From: Treponema sp.
GTDB lineage: Bacteria; Spirochaetota; Spirochaetia; Treponematales; Treponemataceae
Direction: 5' to 3'
DNA: 64,000 nt
NCBI GenBank assembly: GCA_017551705.1
Contig: JAFZLA010000095.1
Span: 2,629 to 66,628, forward strand
Part shown: in pieces, positions 1-9,540 of the stretch
How positions within the stretch are numbered: the stretch's first letter is position 1
Layout: every line of letters starts with the position of its first letter
The notes under the pieces: model-generated
Seen by the model: the letters and a program-made list of their open reading frames with translations, nothing else
What the model was told of the DNA's origin: nothing
Database searches by the model: none
Program-made: the position numbers and the translations under genes

Positions 1-1304
1 GAAAAGTCACCGAAGAGCTTGACGAGACCACAGTGTATCCGGCCAAAAACTTTGTCGTTCCGCAAGAGCAGCTTGAGCAGGCAACGAATAGAAATCAAAA
101 AGAGATGGAAGCGCGCGTGGAAGAACTGCGATCGCAAAAAAAGATGCTGGAAGCCGAGCGCCTAAAGACGCGCGTCACTTACGACATCGAGATGATGAAA
201 GAGATGGGCTACTGCTCGGGCATCGAAAATTATTCGGCGCCCATCGCAGGCCGCGCGCCCGGAGACCCTGGCGCCACTTTGCTGCATTACTTTCCCGACG
301 ACTTTTTGTGCCTGATTGACGAGGCGCACGTGACCGTTCCGCAAATCGGCGCGATGTACGAAGGCGACCGCAGCCGAAAGCAAAATTTGGTTGACTTTGG
401 CTTCCGCCTGCCAAGCGCCTTGGACAACCGCCCGCTCAAGGCCGACGAGTTTTGGCAAAAGGTCAACCAAGCGATTTTTGTCACGGCCACTCCGCGCCCC
501 GAGGAAGTCAAAAAGTCCACGCAAGTGGTGGAACAAATCATCCGCCCGACAGGCCTCTTGGACCCGATTGTGGAAGTGCGGCCCAGCGAAGGCCAGATGG
601 AAGACGTTTACAAGGAAGTGTTGGCCCGCATCGAAAAAGGCGAGCGAAGCCTTATCCTCACCCTGACAAAAAAAATGGCCGAGGACTTGACCGATTATTT
701 GCTTGGCCTCAATCTAAAAGTAAAATACATCCATTCCGAAATAGACACTTTTGAGCGCGTCGAAATCTTAAAGGCCTTGCGCGTGGGCGAAATCGATGTT
801 CTTATCGGAATCAACCTTTTGCGCGAAGGAATCGATTTGCCCGAAGTCAGCTTTATCGCGCTTTTGGACGCCGACAAAATCGGCTTTTTGCGCTCGACAA
901 CTTCGCTCATCCAAATCATAGGCCGCGCGGCGCGCAACGCCGAGGGCAAGGTCGTGATGTACGCCGACCGCATGAGCGACGCGATGAAGGAAGCTATTGA
1001 CGAAACCCGCCGCCGCCGCTCGATTCAAGAGGCCTGGAACAAGAAACACGGAATCACGCCCAAGACAATCAAAAAGGCCGTGGCCGACATTTTGGAACAT
1101 CAAGAAAAGGACGCCAAGGAGGAGGCCGCCATCCAGCTGGCCGCGCTCAAAAAGTCCGCCAACCTCTTTGTTGCCAAAGACCGCAAAAAGCTCATCGAAG
1201 CCCTTAAAAAAGAAATGTCCGACTGCGCCGAACGCCTGGAATACGAGCAAGCCGCCGCCATCCGCGACCAGATTTACGAGATTGAGAAGACATATGGAAA
1301 ATAA
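1..1304 (+). CDS. uvrB: Excinuclease ABC subunit B (UvrB), C-terminal ~430 aa; the 5' end lies outside the window
   Basis: The reading frame is open from the window edge. Helicase C-terminal motifs are present (LREGIDLPEVS, QIIGRAARN), and a terminal UVR motif (EYEQAAAIRDQIYEIE). Confidence 0.93.
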   Translation, partial: KVTEELDETTVYPAKNFVVPQEQLEQATNRNQKEMEARVEELRSQKKMLEAERLKTRVTYDIEMMKEMGYCSGIENYSAPIAGRAPGDPGATLLHYFPDDFLCLIDEAHVTVPQIGAMYEGDRSRKQNLVDFGFRLPSALDNRPLKADEFWQKVNQAIFVTATPRPEEVKKSTQVVEQIIRPTGLLDPIVEVRPSEGQMEDVYKEVLARIEKGERSLILTLTKKMAEDLTDYLLGLNLKVKYIHSEIDTFERVEILKALRVGEIDVLIGINLLREGIDLPEVSFIALLDADKIGFLRSTTSLIQIIGRAARNAEGKVVMYADRMSDAMKEAIDETRRRRSIQEAWNKKHGITPKTIKKAVADILEHQEKDAKEEAAIQLAALKKSANLFVAKDRKKLIEALKKEMSDCAERLEYEQAAAIRDQIYEIEKTYGK

Positions 1305-1420
1305 GGCCACCAGGAAGCGTCCGTCCGCCTGAACGCGCGAGCCCTTTGCGAGCGCGTTTGTTGGCGCTTATGCGGCTAAATTGCATTTTTGGGTTTGCAA
1401 AGATTTTTCTTGCCGCTATA

Positions 1421-1449
1421 TTGACACAAATTCCATTTTTCTATAAAAT
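1421..1449 (+). promoter_or_regulatory. sigma70-type promoter upstream of rpmB
   Basis: TTGACA at 1421-1426, a 17-nt spacer, then TAAAAT at 1444-1449, about 40 nt before the rpmB ATG. Confidence 0.5.
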
Positions 1450-1490
1450 GTTAAAACTCACGATTGATTATTAAAGGCAGGTGAAATATT

Positions 1491-1730
1491 ATGTCAAGAA
1501 CATGCGCGATTTGCGGAAAATCTCCGATGCACGGAAACAGAGTAAGCAAGACTTACCACCACACACGCCACGTTTGGAAGCCCAACCTTGTAACGGTAAA
1601 GGCTGACTTTGGCGACGGCGGCGCTCGCACAATCAAGATTTGCGCTCAGTGCCTCAGAAGCGGCTTTGTAACAAAGAAAGTCAACGTTCCCAAGGAAGCC
1701 AAGCAGGCAGCCGCTCCGGCCGCCAACTAA
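1491..1730 (+). CDS. rpmB: 50S ribosomal protein L28
   Basis: MSRTCAICGK...GNRVSKTYHHTRHVWKPNL is a typical L28 N-terminus. The size is 79 aa and GGTGA lies upstream of the ATG. Confidence 0.93.
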   Translation: MSRTCAICGKSPMHGNRVSKTYHHTRHVWKPNLVTVKADFGDGGARTIKICAQCLRSGFVTKKVNVPKEAKQAAAPAAN

Positions 1731-1770
1731 GATATTGCCCGAGACTTTCGGGCAATGACAAGTCTTGGAA

Positions 1771-2706
1771 TTAAACTTCCAACACAAGACCGTCGTGGGC
1801 CGGCAAAACGCTGCCGCCGTCCGCGACGATTTTTTTTAGCTCCGGGTATTGGGGCAAAATCTCTTTAAAGTATTCTATTATATTTTCGTGGCTCAGGTCG
1901 TGCGTCATGTGGGTTGTCCATGTGTGTAGGGGCTTGATTCGCTCCGCCAATTCCAAGGCCTGGCCAAAGCTGTAGTGCGTCGTGTGGCCTTCCTTTCGCA
2001 AGCCGTCAATCACCGCGTGGACAAGGACGCCCGCGTTGTCGTTGATCAGGCGGACTGAGTCGGGGCTTATGTAATTGCAGTCGGTAAGGTAGGCCGCGCT
2101 CCGCTTTGTTCCGTCCGTGCCGGTCACGCTAACAAGCCAGCCCGCCGTGTCGATTTTTCCGTGCTTCATCGGGATTGAAATTATTTCCATTCCGCCGATT
2201 TTGAGCGGGCTTTTGGGCTGGCATTTTTCGGCCTGGTTCAGCTGGACAAGGGGCTTTCCGCCTCCGATTTGCGTGCGCTTAAAGATGTAGTCAAAGTGCT
2301 CGCGCACGATTTTTGTGGTGGAAGCGTTGGCGTAAATGGGCATGGGCTTTGTGAATTCGTTTGTTGGATGCTCGACGCCGCTTGCGTCCGTGTATTTGGA
2401 TTTTGAATGGGGAACTTTTGTATGGCTAAAAATGCGTATGTCGTCCAGACCGTGCAAGTGGTCGGCGTGTCCGTGGGTCAGCAAAAGCGCGTCCAGAGCG
2501 GGCAGCTTTGCCGCCAGCGCCTGGCTCCTAAAGTCGGGGCCAACGTCGACCAAAACGCGGGTGGTCTTTCCTTCAAAATCGTTCTCAAAAAGGGCGCTGG
2601 CCCTGTAGCGCTTGTCCCGAGGGTCGGCGGAACGGCACACGGCGCAGTTGCATGCTATTACCGGAACTCCGTGGCTTGTTCCGCTTCCTAAAATTTTTAT
2701 GCGCAT
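1771..2706 (-). CDS. MBL-fold metallo-hydrolase (PhnP-like)
   Basis: HGHADHLHGLDD (HxHxDH motif). The start is taken at MRIKILGSGTSHG (ATG at 2706) rather than at the longer ORF start. Confidence 0.75.
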   Translation of the reverse strand: MRIKILGSGTSHGVPVIACNCAVCRSADPRDKRYRASALFENDFEGKTTRVLVDVGPDFRSQALAAKLPALDALLLTHGHADHLHGLDDIRIFSHTKVPHSKSKYTDASGVEHPTNEFTKPMPIYANASTTKIVREHFDYIFKRTQIGGGKPLVQLNQAEKCQPKSPLKIGGMEIISIPMKHGKIDTAGWLVSVTGTDGTKRSAAYLTDCNYISPDSVRLINDNAGVLVHAVIDGLRKEGHTTHYSFGQALELAERIKPLHTWTTHMTHDLSHENIIEYFKEILPQYPELKKIVADGGSVLPAHDGLVLEV

Positions 2707-2832
2707 GGGGGAATGATAGCGCAAATTGGCGCTTGCAACAAGTCGCTGTTTGCGCTAGTATGATTTTTGACAGAATTCGCCGCGATGACCAGATGCCCAG
2801 AGCATGGCTTTGCGGACAAACAGAGGAAAATT

Positions 2833-4098
2833 ATGCCGTATTCCGAACCTACAAACCTTGCGATTGTAGCCTGCCCGGGCGGGGAAGTTTTTGCCGATGA
2901 AGTCATAACCCACCTTCGCCACATGTACAAGCATCGCTTCACCTTGAAGAACGATGTCATTTCAAAACGCTACCAGCTTGACAAGACTGAACTGATCAAG
3001 CAAATCAATTTTGGCAGCGACATCAACACTTCTGACATTTGCATGAAGGGCGCCACCGACAAGTACAGGCCGCCTGTATTCAAAGTAAAAGCCCGCTTCA
3101 CTTATTTTATGAACGGCGAGTTCAAGACCGAGCTGTTGGAATGCGTGCGCGGAAAGGACGTTTACATTTTCCAAGACGTGGAGAACCACGAAGTCCTTTC
3201 TCTCAACGACGGAAAGAACAAATTGTCGCTTTCGGTCAACGACCACGTTATGTCGCTTTTGGTCACGATTGACTGCGTGCGACAGGCAGGAGCTGCCAAC
3301 ATAACGATTGTCGTTCCGGCCTATCCTTACAGCCGCCAGCATAAAAAGAAGGGCCGCGAAGGATTGACCGCCAGCATGCTGGGCCACATCTACGAAATGC
3401 TTGGCGTAAAAAGAATCATCACGCTGGACATCCACTCGCGCGAAATCATAAACGCTTTCAACCAAATTTCTTTGGAAAACTTGCACGCCTCTTACCAAAT
3501 CATCCGCGAGCTTGCAAAGATTGTCGACCTTACAGGAAAGACAGAAGACTTGGTCGTCGTCTCTCCCGACACAGGAGCGATTGACCGCAACAAGTTCTAC
3601 GCGTCGGGCCTCAAGCTTCCGCTTGCGATGATTTACAAGGAGCGCGACTATTCTATCGTAACGCAAGACGCTCACTCGACCAACATCAAGGCCATTAAGC
3701 TTTTGGGCGACGTAAGCGGAAAGGTTGCCTTCCTTGCCGACGACATGTTGGGAACGGGAGGAACTTTGCTCAAGGCCATGCAGTTCCTAAAGGAGCAGGG
3801 CGCCACAAAAGTCATCGCCGCGATTTCGCTTCCGTTCTTTACAGGAAACGCCATCGAGCTCTTTGACGAAGCCTACCACAAGGGACTTTTCTATCGCGTC
3901 ATCGGAACCAACGCCGTTTACCACGAGGCGCTCAAAGACAAGGAATGGTATATCAACACAAACGTCAGCGGCTTGTTCGCAAACGTTATCACTCGCGTGC
4001 ACCACAACCAGTCGCTTAGCGACCTTTTGGACAACCGCAACATCATCGAAAAACTTGTCAAGCAGGACGCAAGCGTAAGCGACGATGACGAACAATAG
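2833..4098 (+). CDS. prs: Ribose-phosphate pyrophosphokinase (long form)
   Basis: VVSPDTGAIDR and the PRPP-binding loop FLADDMLGTGGTLLKA are present. The start is at MPYSEP (ATG 2833), preceded by GAGGAAAA. Confidence 0.85.
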   Translation: MPYSEPTNLAIVACPGGEVFADEVITHLRHMYKHRFTLKNDVISKRYQLDKTELIKQINFGSDINTSDICMKGATDKYRPPVFKVKARFTYFMNGEFKTELLECVRGKDVYIFQDVENHEVLSLNDGKNKLSLSVNDHVMSLLVTIDCVRQAGAANITIVVPAYPYSRQHKKKGREGLTASMLGHIYEMLGVKRIITLDIHSREIINAFNQISLENLHASYQIIRELAKIVDLTGKTEDLVVVSPDTGAIDRNKFYASGLKLPLAMIYKERDYSIVTQDAHSTNIKAIKLLGDVSGKVAFLADDMLGTGGTLLKAMQFLKEQGATKVIAAISLPFFTGNAIELFDEAYHKGLFYRVIGTNAVYHEALKDKEWYINTNVSGLFANVITRVHHNQSLSDLLDNRNIIEKLVKQDASVSDDDEQ

Positions 4099-5929
4099 TT
4101 TGTCCGACAGCTCTCTTGTTCTTTGCATTGATATAGGAACGACTTCTCTTAAAGCCGCCTTTGTCCGCGGCGACGGAGAAGTCTTTTCTTTTAAGCGCGT
4201 GTCTTATGCGGAATTGTCGCAAGCCCAAAATGCGGTGGCAACTAAAATTGGAAGCAAGACTAAAAACGGCGCGGCTGCGACTGAAATTGCAAGCAAGCCC
4301 AAGAACGGGGCGGCGGCTTGGGCGGACGCGCTCAAAAAAATCCTGCCCGATTCCCTTTGCGCAAACTGCGCGGCTGTCTCGGTCTCGGGCAACGGCCCTA
4401 CAATCGTAAGCGCAAGCGGCGCGACTCTGATGTGGCGCGACGACGCCAAAAATTGTTCGCAAGCCCAAGACTGCGCCGCGACTGAGATTGCAGGCAAGGC
4501 CAAAACTGCCGCCGCAAATCAAGAGGCGCCGCAAGCCCAAGATGCGGCCGGCGCCAAAAATTGTTTGCAAGACCTAAAAGGGGCGCCCGCCGACCTTTTT
4601 GAAAAGCTCGACATTCCAGACGCGCAAAAAAAAATCTACCAGCCGCGCCTGGCCGCCTTCGCGCGCCTGTTCCCCGACGATTGGGAACAAAGCCCGCGCC
4701 TTTACACTTCGACCCAATGGCTTTGCGACTATATAGAAAAAAATGCCGGCGCGCTTGGCCTTGCAAACGGCGTCCCTGTTTTTGACGCAGGGCCGGATTT
4801 TATCGCCGCTCTTGTTGGAACGGCGACAATAGAGGCGGGCCGTCTTTGCGACCGCGCGGGCTCGAGCGAAGGGCTCAATTTGTGCTCGCCAAAATTTTTT
4901 GAGGAACAAGGCTTGCGAACAATGCCTTCGCCCGCGCGGGGTCTTTGGAACATATCTTATTTAATCGAAGACCCGGGCAGTTCCCGACAAGAAAAGGTCG
5001 ACAATTTTTTTAAGGCTTACAAGACCTTGACGCAGGCGGCCGCCGCAAACGGTGTTGAGGTTGCGGGGCAGCTTATGGTTACCGGCGGGCAAGCGCAAGA
5101 CCAGGACTTGCTGCAGAAAAAAGCGGACAGTGTAGGAGCAAGAGTTGCGGTGGCTCAAATCGCCGACGCCGAACTTCTAGGCTGCGCGGCGGCCGCCTTT
5201 TTTAGGCTTGGAAAATATTCCAGTTTGGAACAAGCGGCCAAAGGGCTTGTTAGGGTAGGAAAAGTTTTTGAGCCGCAGGACGAGTTTCCGCGCTTTTATT
5301 CCGTTCCCCAGGACTTGCGGGCGATAATTTTTGACATAGATTCCACCCTTTACACAAACGCGGCCTACGCATTTGAGCAAGTGGACTGCCAAGTGCGGCG
5401 CTTCGCTTCCCTGTGCGGAATCACAAACGAAGAGGCCCGCAAAATGGTGGCCGATTATCGCAAGCAATACGCGCGGCAAACGGGCGGAAAAAAGATTTCG
5501 CTTTCAAACACCCTTTTGCAGTTTGGAATAAGCATCGAGCAAAGCGTCCAATGGCGGCGCGAGCTGATTGAGCCCGCCGACTTTTTGGGCAAGGACCATG
5601 AATTGCGGGCGGCGCTTTTGGCGCTTAAAGGCCGCTTTAAGCTTTTGTGCGTGACCAACAACCCGATTTTGCCCGCGCAAAAGACCTTGCAGGCGCTTGG
5701 CGTGGACGATTTAATGGAAGTTTTGGTGGGCCTTGATTCCTGCAACCTTTCAAAGCCCGCAAAAGAGCCCTTTGAGCTGGCCGCGCAAAAGGCGGGCGTG
5801 AACCCTTGTCAAATGATTAGCGTGGGCGACCGCTACGACTTGGACATCGCTCCCGCCTTGGAACTGGGCATGGGCGGCGTTTTGGTCAGGGGCGTGTCCG
5901 ACGTGTACAAGTTGCCCGGCCTTTTGTAA
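4085..5929 (+). CDS. Fusion protein: N-terminal FGGY-like sugar kinase domain plus C-terminal HAD-superfamily phosphatase domain
   Basis: The N-terminus LCIDIGTTSLKAAF is an FGGY/actin-fold phosphate-1 motif. The C-terminus has IIFDIDSTLY (DxDxT), CVTNN and VGDRYDLDI, the HAD motifs I-IV. The gene overlaps the prs stop by 14 nt. Confidence 0.6.
   Translation: MTNNSLSDSSLVLCIDIGTTSLKAAFVRGDGEVFSFKRVSYAELSQAQNAVATKIGSKTKNGAAATEIASKPKNGAAAWADALKKILPDSLCANCAAVSVSGNGPTIVSASGATLMWRDDAKNCSQAQDCAATEIAGKAKTAAANQEAPQAQDAAGAKNCLQDLKGAPADLFEKLDIPDAQKKIYQPRLAAFARLFPDDWEQSPRLYTSTQWLCDYIEKNAGALGLANGVPVFDAGPDFIAALVGTATIEAGRLCDRAGSSEGLNLCSPKFFEEQGLRTMPSPARGLWNISYLIEDPGSSRQEKVDNFFKAYKTLTQAAAANGVEVAGQLMVTGGQAQDQDLLQKKADSVGARVAVAQIADAELLGCAAAAFFRLGKYSSLEQAAKGLVRVGKVFEPQDEFPRFYSVPQDLRAIIFDIDSTLYTNAAYAFEQVDCQVRRFASLCGITNEEARKMVADYRKQYARQTGGKKISLSNTLLQFGISIEQSVQWRRELIEPADFLGKDHELRAALLALKGRFKLLCVTNNPILPAQKTLQALGVDDLMEVLVGLDSCNLSKPAKEPFELAAQKAGVNPCQMISVGDRYDLDIAPALELGMGGVLVRGVSDVYKLPGLL
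4204..4575 (+). repeat. Intragenic imperfect repeats encoding ATKIGSKTKNGAA / ATEIASKPKNGAA / ATEIAGKAKTAAA and AELSQAQNA / AKNCSQAQD / AKNCLQDLK
   Basis: The recurring DNA core is AATTGT(T)CGCAAGCCCAA(A/G)A plus ACTGA(A/G)ATTGCA(A/G)GCAAG. Units are seen at about 4212-4235, 4236-4313, 4448-4470, 4478-4515 and 4529-4575. Confidence 0.7.
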
Positions 5930-6051
5930 GCAAGCCGCGCTTGCGCGAAATCCGCCCGAACAAACCATTGTGGTTTGTTTAGCAATAAAACGAGCGGCCA
6001 AGTTCTAGACATAAACGTCAAATTCTTATATAATAGAAATTCGAGGAATTT

Positions 6052-6900
6052 ATGAAAGTCACAAAAGTTCAAGGGAAGCTTGAGCTTACAAACGCAGGCG
6101 GCCTTTCGTTGTTTTTTGTAGGAATTGGAAGCGCCTTTTCAAAATTGAATTTTCAAAACAACGTCCTTTTCATAAAGGGCAAAAACCATGTCCTGGTTGA
6201 TTGCGGAACTTTGTGCTCTTTTGCCATTTCTCACTACGGCGTGAAAATTTCGGACATAGACAATTTTTTTCTCACACATTCACACGCGGACCACATTGGC
6301 GGAATGGAAGAAGTCGCATTTACCGATTACTATGTCAAAAAGGCTCGCCCCACGTTGATCATCGACGACCAGTACAAAAAGATTTTGTGGAACGAATCCT
6401 TGCGCGGCGGCTTGGGCTACAGCAAGACTTTTGCCGGAAAGACCGCCGGCTTTGAAGACTTTTTTATCCAGCAAAAGCCAAAAAAAGTGAAATGCGGAAA
6501 GCATGTTTACGAGCATGCGGTTGTCGGCGGAAAGGGCGGCATCGACCTAAAATTTTTTAGGACCAACCATTCCACCGCAAAAAGCGTCGCAGGAAAGTCG
6601 TTCATTTCAAAGGGCGTGATTGTAGACAACAAAATTCTTTTTACAAGCGACACCCGCTTTAACCAAAAGCAGATTGAACAAATATTGGCCGACTTTGACA
6701 TCGAATGGATTTTCCACGACGTTTGCAATTTTAAGAACGAAGTTCATACAAGCTACGAGGAGCTTAACACGCTTCCCGCCGACATCAAGAAAAAGATTTA
6801 CTTGTGCCATTACGACGAAGGCTTGATGAAAAAGAAGCCAAAGCAGGACGGCTTTGCCGGCTTTGCAAAGCGCGGCTGCTACTACAATTTTGATTTGTAA
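6052..6900 (+). CDS. MBL-fold metallo-hydrolase
   Basis: THSHADHIGG motif; 282 aa; GAGGAA lies upstream of the ATG. Confidence 0.7.
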   Translation: MKVTKVQGKLELTNAGGLSLFFVGIGSAFSKLNFQNNVLFIKGKNHVLVDCGTLCSFAISHYGVKISDIDNFFLTHSHADHIGGMEEVAFTDYYVKKARPTLIIDDQYKKILWNESLRGGLGYSKTFAGKTAGFEDFFIQQKPKKVKCGKHVYEHAVVGGKGGIDLKFFRTNHSTAKSVAGKSFISKGVIVDNKILFTSDTRFNQKQIEQILADFDIEWIFHDVCNFKNEVHTSYEELNTLPADIKKKIYLCHYDEGLMKKKPKQDGFAGFAKRGCYYNFDL

Positions 6901-6906
6901 TTTTTA

Positions 6907-6980
6907 GGTCCATTAGCTCAACTGGATAGAGCGGCCGCCTCCTAAGCGGCAGGTTGTGTGTTCGATTCACATATGGGCCA
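6907..6980 (+). tRNA. tRNA-Arg (anticodon CCU)
   Basis: Manual cloverleaf: acceptor GGTCCAT/ATGGGCC, D arm GCTC-AACTGGATA-GAGC, anticodon arm GCCGC-CTCCTAA-GCGGC, T arm GTGTG-TTCGATT-CACAT, discriminator A. Length is 74 nt with no encoded CCA. Confidence 0.9.
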
Positions 6981-6986
6981 TATTTT

Positions 6987-8774
6987 TTAGTCAAAAAGAG
7001 CCTGCGCGGCGCGGGAGTAGCCGGATTGCGTGTAGTTGTAGAGCGCGGTCCAGGCAAAGCCGTCTTTTTGCGAAAAGATTTCTTTGTCGTAGGGAAGGTT
7101 CATGCTTACGCCGATTGTGTTTTTTGCGCGGCCGGCTTTTTTGATTTCCTTTGCAATGGCGGCGGGGTAGGCGGCTTGCCAAAGCCTTTTGTCCTTGACG
7201 GCGTTTCCTGTAAGATGTGTGAAGACCAAAATAAGGCCCGCGCCTTTTATCTTGGCTATGTCTGAGGCCGTCGCCGATTTTTTTTCTTCATAGCAAACAA
7301 AGTCTACGTTTGTGATTCCGCGCGCGGCAAAACTTTTTTGCAATAGTTCCGCCTTTTCTTGGAAGGGAACAAAGGCCGCGATTTTTTTTGAGCGGGCCTT
7401 TATCGGAAGGCTTACGTTTTGCGCCGAGGCGCGGGCCGCTTGGATTTGAATGTTGGCGCAAGTTTGCGCGGCTTCTTGCTTTTGTTCCTTGCTCATCGGA
7501 GCGACTTTTTGCGCAAGCGAAATTATTTTTTTGCCCTGGATTTGAATTAGGCCCGCTTTTTTCTTTAGTTCCAAAACGCGCAGAGCCGCCGCGTCCAAGG
7601 CCTTTTTGTCCAGCGTTCCGTTTTGCAAGTCTTGTTCAACCTTGGCAAAAAAGTCTTCCAAAAATTCCAAGTCTTTTTTTGAATAGACGTTGATTGGGTT
7701 TATTATCAAGTCGCAGCCCGCGTTTACCGCAAGGACAAAGCTTTGGTCGGGCGTCCAGTTGTCGTAAATGGCCCTCATGTCCATCGCGTCGGTGATTACC
7801 GCGCCCTTGTAGCCCAACGAGCCTCGCAAAATTTTTGTAAGAATTTTTTTGGACAGCGTTGCGGGCGCGACGATTTTTTTTGCGCTCTTTCCGCTCTGGA
7901 TTTTTGTCTTGTCCAAGCGGGGGCACTGTATGTGCGCGGTCATTATGAGCGGGATGTCGTTTTTTATGTTGGCTTTAAAGGGAACGGCTTCTCGCGACTT
8001 CCATTTTTGCAAGGAAGAGTAAATGACCGGCAAATCCAAGTGGGAGTCTACCGAAGTGTCGCCGTGGCCAGGAAAGTGCTTGGCGCAAGGCAAAACGCCC
8101 GCGGCCATAAGGCCTTGGCTAAAGGCTTCCGAAAATTCCGCCGCGGCTTTTGGATCGCCCGAAAAGCTTCTTATTCCTATGACCGGGTTTTGCGGGTTGG
8201 AGGCCACGTCGCAGTCGGGAGCCAGGTCGACATTGATTCCGTAGTCAAGCAAAAGCTGGCCGTTGGCCCTTCCGCACAAATACGCGTTTTGCGGCTCTTG
8301 CGTCTTTGCGATGGCCATAGCGCTTGGCGTTGAATAGTCGTATACGCGTGCCACGTTTCCGCCCTCTTGGTCGGCAAAAAAAAGCAGGGGCAAATTGCCT
8401 CCGTCAAGCGCAGCGGAATTTAGGTCGCGTATGAACTTTTTGGCAAGAGCTGCGTCCGTCATGTTCTCGCCGAACAAGATGACCGAGCCTATGTTGTAGT
8501 CGCGGATTGTTTTATAAATGGTGGAATTTATTGTGTTTTGCGGCGTAAAAAGTTTTGGGTTTTCGGCGGCGAGGGCGGGCTTGTAGTTTTGGTGGCCCAT
8601 CGGCGAGTCCGTCCAAAAGCGAAAGTTCATCACGCAAAGCGCTCCGATCTTTTGCCGCGTTGTCATCGATTGGACATATTCGTGGAGGGCCGCTTTTTCT
8701 TGAGCCGCCTTGTCCTGGGCGAACGCCGATGCGAAGATTGTGATGGCCACAATTGCCGCGAACAGTTTTTTCAT
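6987..8774 (-). CDS. Secreted glycoside hydrolase family 3 (beta-N-acetylhexosaminidase/NagZ-like) with a C-terminal extension
   Basis: KHFPGHGDTSVDSHLDLP is the GH3 signature. The start is taken at MKKLFAAIVAITIFASAFAQ (signal peptide, ATG 8774). Confidence 0.8.
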   Translation of the reverse strand: MKKLFAAIVAITIFASAFAQDKAAQEKAALHEYVQSMTTRQKIGALCVMNFRFWTDSPMGHQNYKPALAAENPKLFTPQNTINSTIYKTIRDYNIGSVILFGENMTDAALAKKFIRDLNSAALDGGNLPLLFFADQEGGNVARVYDYSTPSAMAIAKTQEPQNAYLCGRANGQLLLDYGINVDLAPDCDVASNPQNPVIGIRSFSGDPKAAAEFSEAFSQGLMAAGVLPCAKHFPGHGDTSVDSHLDLPVIYSSLQKWKSREAVPFKANIKNDIPLIMTAHIQCPRLDKTKIQSGKSAKKIVAPATLSKKILTKILRGSLGYKGAVITDAMDMRAIYDNWTPDQSFVLAVNAGCDLIINPINVYSKKDLEFLEDFFAKVEQDLQNGTLDKKALDAAALRVLELKKKAGLIQIQGKKIISLAQKVAPMSKEQKQEAAQTCANIQIQAARASAQNVSLPIKARSKKIAAFVPFQEKAELLQKSFAARGITNVDFVCYEEKKSATASDIAKIKGAGLILVFTHLTGNAVKDKRLWQAAYPAAIAKEIKKAGRAKNTIGVSMNLPYDKEIFSQKDGFAWTALYNYTQSGYSRAAQALFD

Positions 8775-8778
8775 CGCG

Positions 8779-9540
8779 CTAAAATCCAATCGTTCCTGTG
8801 TAAACTGGAATTTCGGTCTCGGCCTTTTTGACGGCTTCTTCCAAACTAAGGCCGTGAAAAAGCGGAGCGGCGAAATTTCTTCCGGACTTTTTGTCGTCGA
8901 CAAAGGCGCCCACGACCACTCCGGGCAAAGAGCTTTCCGGCGAGTTGGGAGCGTTCTTTCCGCCCAAGTCAGTCCTGCACCAGCCGGGGTCTGTGATGTT
9001 GACGCAAACGTCCGTGCCGTTGACTTTTTGCGCGATGTCCATTGTCACCTTGTCGAGCGCCGCTTTGCTTGCGCTGTAGCCCGCTTGTTCAGGCTCAAGT
9101 CGGATTCCGCTTGTTGTGTTGACGATGCGGCCAAATCCGCGCGCTTGCATTTTGGGAAGAAAGTGGTAGAGAATCATCATGGGCGCGATTGTGTTGATTT
9201 TAAAGCTTTCTTGGTAATCGCTTGCGGGCGTTTTTAGCCAGTCCGTTCTGTAGGCGACTTGAATGCCGGCGTTGTTCAAAACTATGTCGATGTCCACGCC
9301 AAGCGCGTCGATTTTGGCAAGCATTGACTCAACTTGCGCTGGGTCCGAAAATTCTGCGCCAACCGCAAATGCCTTGACGCCAAGCGCCTGCGCTTCCGCC
9401 AAAACTTTGTCGCAATGCGCGGCTGTCCGTCCCTGCACGACAAGATTGCAGCCTTTTTTTGCCAAAAAAATCGCCGCTCCATAGCCGATTCCCCGCGCCG
9501 CCCCAGTAACAAGCGCCCATTTTCCTTTTACGTCAACCAT
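8779..9540 (-). CDS. SDR-family oxidoreductase
   Basis: ALVTGAARGIGYG (TGxxxGxG), NNAG and YSASK motifs are present. The start is at MVDVKGK, preceded by GGAGGA. The stop lies 4 nt from the GH3 start, so the two genes probably form an operon. Confidence 0.85.
   Translation of the reverse strand: MVDVKGKWALVTGAARGIGYGAAIFLAKKGCNLVVQGRTAAHCDKVLAEAQALGVKAFAVGAEFSDPAQVESMLAKIDALGVDIDIVLNNAGIQVAYRTDWLKTPASDYQESFKINTIAPMMILYHFLPKMQARGFGRIVNTTSGIRLEPEQAGYSASKAALDKVTMDIAQKVNGTDVCVNITDPGWCRTDLGGKNAPNSPESSLPGVVVGAFVDDKKSGRNFAAPLFHGLSLEEAVKKAETEIPVYTGTIGF

Noticed and set aside
4058-4570. 170-aa minus-strand ORF running through the intragenic repeats (LGLACNLS... repeats)
   Set aside because: The repeats merely stay open on the antisense strand. 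The ORF has no start context, and the plus-strand frame is continuous with conserved kinase and HAD blocks.
4204-4575. Possible CRISPR-like array, suggested by recurring ~25-40-nt units
   Set aside because: The units are imperfect and irregularly spaced, lie inside a continuous ORF, and have no leader and no cas genes nearby.
6954-7265. Short plus-strand ORFs overlapping the tRNA 3' end and the GH3 gene
   Set aside because: They overlap a tRNA and lie antisense to a well-supported CDS, and they have no RBS.
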